From NCBI GenBank assembly GCA_964016885.1, contig OZ024753.1, positions 40,486,001 through 40,550,000 of the forward strand: DNA of 64,000 nucleotides. Direction: 5' to 3'. This document shows, one piece after another, positions 58,621 to 64,000 of the stretch (the first letter of the stretch is position 1; every line of letters starts with the position of its first letter). The DNA is from Eledone cirrhosa (lineage: Eukaryota). The notes below the pieces were generated by a model, which searched no databases, was not told the origin of the DNA, and worked only from the letters and a program-made list of their open reading frames with translations. The position numbers were made by a program, and so were the translations under genes.

Positions 58621-59446
58621 GACAAACAGAACACACACACACACGCACACACACAAACACAAACACACACACACACATATAAAGGGACATACAAAGTAAA
58701 AATGATTTACACGAAAAAAAAAAAAAATACACAAAAGTATTTGACTGCGAATCGAAATCCTCATCTCTCAAATTCAATATGCTAGAGAGCTCTCTATCTT
58801 TACATGCATTAGTTGCTGGATGACCTCACATGAGAAGTCCAAATGTAAGATACATGCTTGATAAAACGATGATCAAAGCATGAGTTGATTAAAACGAATC
58901 GATATAGCATCGGTTGGAGTTCAGAAGGTGACACCATTGATTGCAGAAAATTAATTAATCGCTTATTCACAATATTCATTAATTTCTTTAATTAGGCGCT
59001 TACTTGACTTTGAAAGAAAGAAAAAAAAAGTCTCCTGTCTCTCATTTAAAATACATACACATATACTCACATACACATGAACATACACACAATCACATGC
59101 ACCAACCACACACACCACTCACAAGGCGCAAGAGAAAGATTAACCACTTCAAAATGTTATGATGTCTGCTTTTATTGTTCTTTCTTACTAAAGATTTTTT
59201 TTATCCTGTACTTATGTTTCATTTTACTTTTGTCAGTCTATCTTTTCTTTTTTGCCTTTCCAAAATTTAATTTTATAATCGAATGTAATTTAATTTTATT
59301 CTCTTAAAATAATATATTTTATTTGAATTGAATTACATTGAATTTTCTTCTTATAGTTCAAGTTTCTTTATCGTTCGAAGTCTCTTTATTTTGTTTTGGT
59401 TTTGGCTAAATTCTATATAGCACCAATTATTTATTTTATTATTATT

Positions 59447-59625
59447 TGGCAGTATCGGTAGAGGATCGCACGCCATGCTTTGCAGCAAAGAGTTAAGGCC
59501 CTTTGTGGTCTCAGTTCAAATCCCGCCGAGGTTAACTTTGCCGTTCATCCTTACAGGGTCGATAAAATAAAGTACCAGTAATGCACTGGGTAATTTCTGG
59601 ACTTGTGCCAAAAGTAGAAACAATT
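59447..59625 (+). mobile_element. tRNA-derived SINE
   Basis: Family consensus. Confidence 0.85.
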
Positions 59626-59643
59626 ATTTTATATATATATATA

Positions 59644-59739
59644 CAGGGTATCCCAAAAAATTTGACATCATTGAGCTGGACTTAGTAGTTTTCGAGATAT
59701 TTGCTTTTAAAATGATGTCAAACTTTTGGGGACACCCTG
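59644..59739. mobile_element. Tc1/mariner-type MITE (second subfamily)
   Basis: TA|CAGGGTATCCCAAAAAATTTGACATCATT ... AATGATGTCAAACTTTTGGGGACACCCTG|TA. Confidence 0.8.
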
Positions 59740-60327
59740 TATATATATCATATATGTGCAGAGTGCCACCCAAAAATGTATACACACTTTGCTTGGATTA
59801 CCTGTACAGGCAATATTTATTAAAATGCACAGTCTTTGTGTATACATTTTTTTAGCTTCACTTCGATTGATGGGTCTCTCTGTTGAAAGACCACCTTGAA
59901 AATATTAAAAATGTCTTCATCATTTGATATCGAAACATCTTTAAATGTTCAACTCTATTAGAAGATAATTTAGTGGCAAACTTCTTGGTCACGATGGCTT
60001 TCCAGAATATACAAAAAAACATAAGACTTCCCACAATGTCTTCATTATATTTTCTTCAGCTGCTGTGTAAGAGCTAGTGTTTATTTTTCTATTGTCTATC
60101 TTAATATTATGTTATTGCTAGTTTTTATTTTAATTATGTTATTCTATTATTCCAAACATCAAATATCGGGAAGTATTGAGAGAAGACATTTAAAATAATG
60201 GACAAAGGTAACACGTGATGTATATGTGTTTGTACACGGTCGTATGTATGTGTCTAAATATACGTATGGTTGTTTATATATGTTTATATATATATATATA
60301 TATATATAATACTTGTGTGCATATATG

Positions 60328-60382
<55 letters not shown>

Positions 60383-60486
60383 GGTTTAAGCAAAGAATCG
60401 CTGATTTCACCCTAAACGGTTCTTATATATTTATATATATTTATCCTTATTGAGCCATCTTTGGATTTTAGTCTTCACATTTATTA

Positions 60487-60535
<49 letters not shown>

Positions 60536-60687
60536 CTTATGCATTTATATATATATATATATATATATACTTATGCATTTATATATATATATATATATAC
60601 TTATGCATTTATATATATATGTATATATCTATATATATATATACTTATGCATTTATATGTATATATATATATATATATATACTTATG

Positions 60688-60764
<77 letters not shown>

Positions 60765-61426
60765 TGTCAATTACTATTATATACAATACACCTATACCCA
60801 CCTGCCGTAAATTTAGCGGAAAAACGATATATATTGAGTTTGCTGATTTGTATATTTTATTCTTTACTCTAGTGTATTTTCAAACTTTATATTTCGTGGT
60901 GTATATGATGGTGGTGGTGGTGGTGCTTGTGTTGGTGGTGGTGGTGGTGCTTGTGTTGGTGGTGGCCGTGGGGATGGAGGTCGTAGTGGTGGCGGTGGTG
61001 GGGTAGTCTTCCGTGCAAGGCCTGATAGAAGGCATAAAGTTGTTTCTTCTCTTATGTTACTGAGCTCTTGTTAGTTACCTGTAGATCTTACTCACGCCTT
61101 TCTCTCAATCTCCTCATTTCCCACACTCCAACCCCTTTTATGTATGTAGCCTCTTTTTCTCTTTTTCTCCTTCGCTTTATATGTGTATGTGTGTGTGAAT
61201 GACGGTATATAAGCAAACACATATATATATGCATAAAAACACACACATACATATCCGTAAGAAATTATGAACGCATTCTTCTTTTTATGATTGTCTCCTA
61301 TATGTATGTAGATGTGTTTGTATATATATATATATGTATATATACATTTAATATAGATTTATATATATTTAATATAGAAATGGCCTCTACAGCACTAGAA
61401 CTGTTTCATTCGGGAGAAATCATCTG

Positions 61427-61476
61427 GGCTTCCTGATGATTTCTCCCGATGAAACAGTTCTAGTCTCGTAGAAGCC
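61427..61476 (+). ncRNA. Type I hammerhead ribozyme (GGCTTC family) in fold-back element
   Basis: GGCTTC-CTGATGA-TTTCTCCCGAT-GAAA-C(agttctagtctc)G-TA^GAAGCC. Inverted partial copy at 61376-61424. Confidence 0.65.
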
Positions 61477-61514
<38 letters not shown>

Positions 61515-61681
61515 GGGATATCAAATTATTGTTATAGGTAGTCCACTTAGATGTAGTCCAGTTAGGGTACTCCGAGTAGTGGATAGTATTAACTCATGAC
61601 TAAGTTTGAATCAACAAGACATTTCTATAATGATGCTGCGAGTACGCGGTGATTTCTATGTAGTTTACACTTAGAGTAATA

Positions 61682-62008
61682 ATAAATCCAGAAAGAAGAG
61701 TGACATGGTTTGCTATGCAATAAGGGCTTTATTCACATTGCTGACAATTGTTTCTCTGAACTGGTAGGTCTAGAGATCGCTACCCGCCTGTTTTTGCGTC
61801 AATCGATCACCAATACTTTGTTATAACCATCCATTCACCTCGCATGCTCTGATGAATGCACTGGTTATAACAAAGTATTGGTGATCGATTGACGCGAAAA
61901 CAGGTGGGTAGCGATCTCTAGACCTACCAGTTCAGAGAAACAATTGTCAGCAATGTGAATAAAGCCCTTATTGTATAGCAAACCATGTCACTCTTCTTTC
62001 TGGATTTA
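61682..62008. repeat. Long inverted repeat (~147-bp arms, ~32-nt spacer containing CTGATGA)
   Basis: 61682-61829 pairs with 61862-62008; (TA)n follows. Confidence 0.95.
61843..61955 (+). ncRNA. Type I hammerhead ribozyme with greatly extended stem II
   Basis: CATGCT-CTGATGA(61849-55)-aTGcACTGGT...~60 nt...ACCAGTtCAga-GAAA(61937-40)-CAATTG-TC^(61948)AGCAATG, then AATAAA at 61958. GUC triplet and palindromic ACAATTGT stem III. Confidence 0.7.
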
Positions 62009-62011
62009 TAT

Positions 62012-62048
<37 letters not shown>

Positions 62049-62230
62049 TAAACGAGTAGGTAGAAGGGTAAGCAAGATTAGCGTCGTGTAAAAATATCAA
62101 TAAATCTAACTTCATATAACTCCATTATAAATATTGAGTCCTTCCTCTTTTTCAGGTAACTACGATTACTTGATCTAATATATGCACGCAAACACACACA
62201 CAAATACGCACAGGTACAGACATATAAACT

Positions 62231-62269
<39 letters not shown>

Positions 62270-63285
62270 GAACATAAAAAACACACTCATATATATATAG
62301 TGTATATATATGATTTGCTTTTACATGTATTTATTTACATAGGTACAGAGTGAAAAAATCGCACACTTTCACACATAGAAAGATTAATAGATTAATATAT
62401 AGAGAGGTTTATTCTTTACATGGTGGCATACAATGCCTGCACGGTTCACTGCAGATGAATGCTGTCCTTTTCGTGATTACTGGCGCTAAAGCAATAAGTT
62501 CGTTAAACAACTAAGACGACAAGATCAACCGGAAACACAGTAACCAGTGAGGCACTACACCACAACAATAACAAAAACATCATTACCACCACCACTACCA
62601 ACACCAACATCAACACCACCACTACCAACACCAACACTACCAGCAACAACAGCACCAAGGCTAACAATGACTAAGTATCTCTAAGGCACTGCTCTAACAT
62701 GCTAGCAATTGAGACCAAGTTTCTTTCAAATTATAGTGCCTTTAAACAGAAAGACATACTACTGAAGGAATAAGCCATCGTTGTACCAAAGGCTGAGATA
62801 TTTGAGCCTGCAATAGAGTTGATCAAAGCTCTGCTCAATGACGTCTTAACTAGGCTCAAACATCAACAATAAGAACAATGCTCAATAAATACAACGTTTA
62901 AGGGTAATGATTGCTCTAATATTTGATCGACAGATCAGCTTACTCATAGAAATATAGTGTATGTGGTTGAGAATGATAGTGTGTCACAAAGCTAGCCACG
63001 TTTTCAAAGGTGTAATGATTTGAGCAACAAATTTTGCTGATTTATTATAAACGGGAGAAAAGATTTTAAATCTTATAGTAAATTGTATTATTTTAGTTAA
63101 ATTGATCTCATAGTCGGTTACTTAGGAGTTTCCCTAGTGTGGTCGGTTAACCGGGTCAGGCTTTTCTTGTCTGGGGAGCCAACATTACACCGAGGGATCT
63201 CCGGTGCAACACGTTACTGGATCAGCTTAAACAATACATACACTCATACTCACAAACACACGCAGTACAGACAGACCAACACACA

Positions 63286-63289
<4 letters not shown>

Positions 63290-63333
<44 letters not shown>

Positions 63334-63618
63334 ATATATAGATATATATATATATAGATATATATATAGATATATATATATAGATATATATATATATATC
63401 TATATAGATATATAGATAGATAGATATATATAGATATATATATATATAGATATATATATATAGATATATATAGATATATAGATAGATAGATATATATAGA
63501 TATATATATATATAGATATATATATATAGATATATATAGATATATATAGAGAGAGAGAGATATATATATATGTATATATATACATATATATACATATATA
63601 TATATATATATACATACA

Positions 63619-63696
<78 letters not shown>

Positions 63697-63707
63697 CATA
63701 TATATAC

Positions 63708-63754
<47 letters not shown>

Positions 63755-63755
63755 C

Positions 63756-63832
<77 letters not shown>
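63290..63832. repeat. (TA)n/(TAGA)n microsatellite
   Basis: Direct inspection. Confidence 0.97.
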
Positions 63833-64000
63833 CTAGCATAGTAAGAAAAATGAATATCTAAACTTTACTTCAGTATTGCATACTCTTTACTCTCATCCGA
63901 CAACCACATACATATATATATATATATATATATTGAGAGAGAGAGAGAGGGAGACACAGTCATATATAAACAGATAGATAGATGAAGAGATTGGCAGAGA

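Overview
This is AT-rich, microsatellite-saturated animal DNA, probably intronic or intergenic. The SINE families resemble those of octopod cephalopods (inference from recall, not a search). No host protein-coding exon can be supported, and almost all listed ORFs are simple-repeat artefacts. The window holds about 30 tRNA-derived SINE copies, CORE-like SINEs, hAT and Tc1/mariner MITEs, a non-autonomous Helitron-like family, and short RTE, CRE and R4-like LINE 3' fragments. The most striking signal is a dense population of type I hammerhead ribozymes (HHRs): 11 with an intact CUGANGA/GAAA/UH core, plus degenerate copies and 3' halves, from at least 6 sequence families. Nearly all sit in short Penelope-like (PLE) modules embedded in (TA)n tracts. 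Many modules are fold-back inverted repeats whose inversion junction falls inside the ribozyme. Variants include an HHR with an ~80-nt stem II, recurrent non-canonical Y10.1-U11.1 positions, and a 329-bp palindrome encoding an HHR on each strand.
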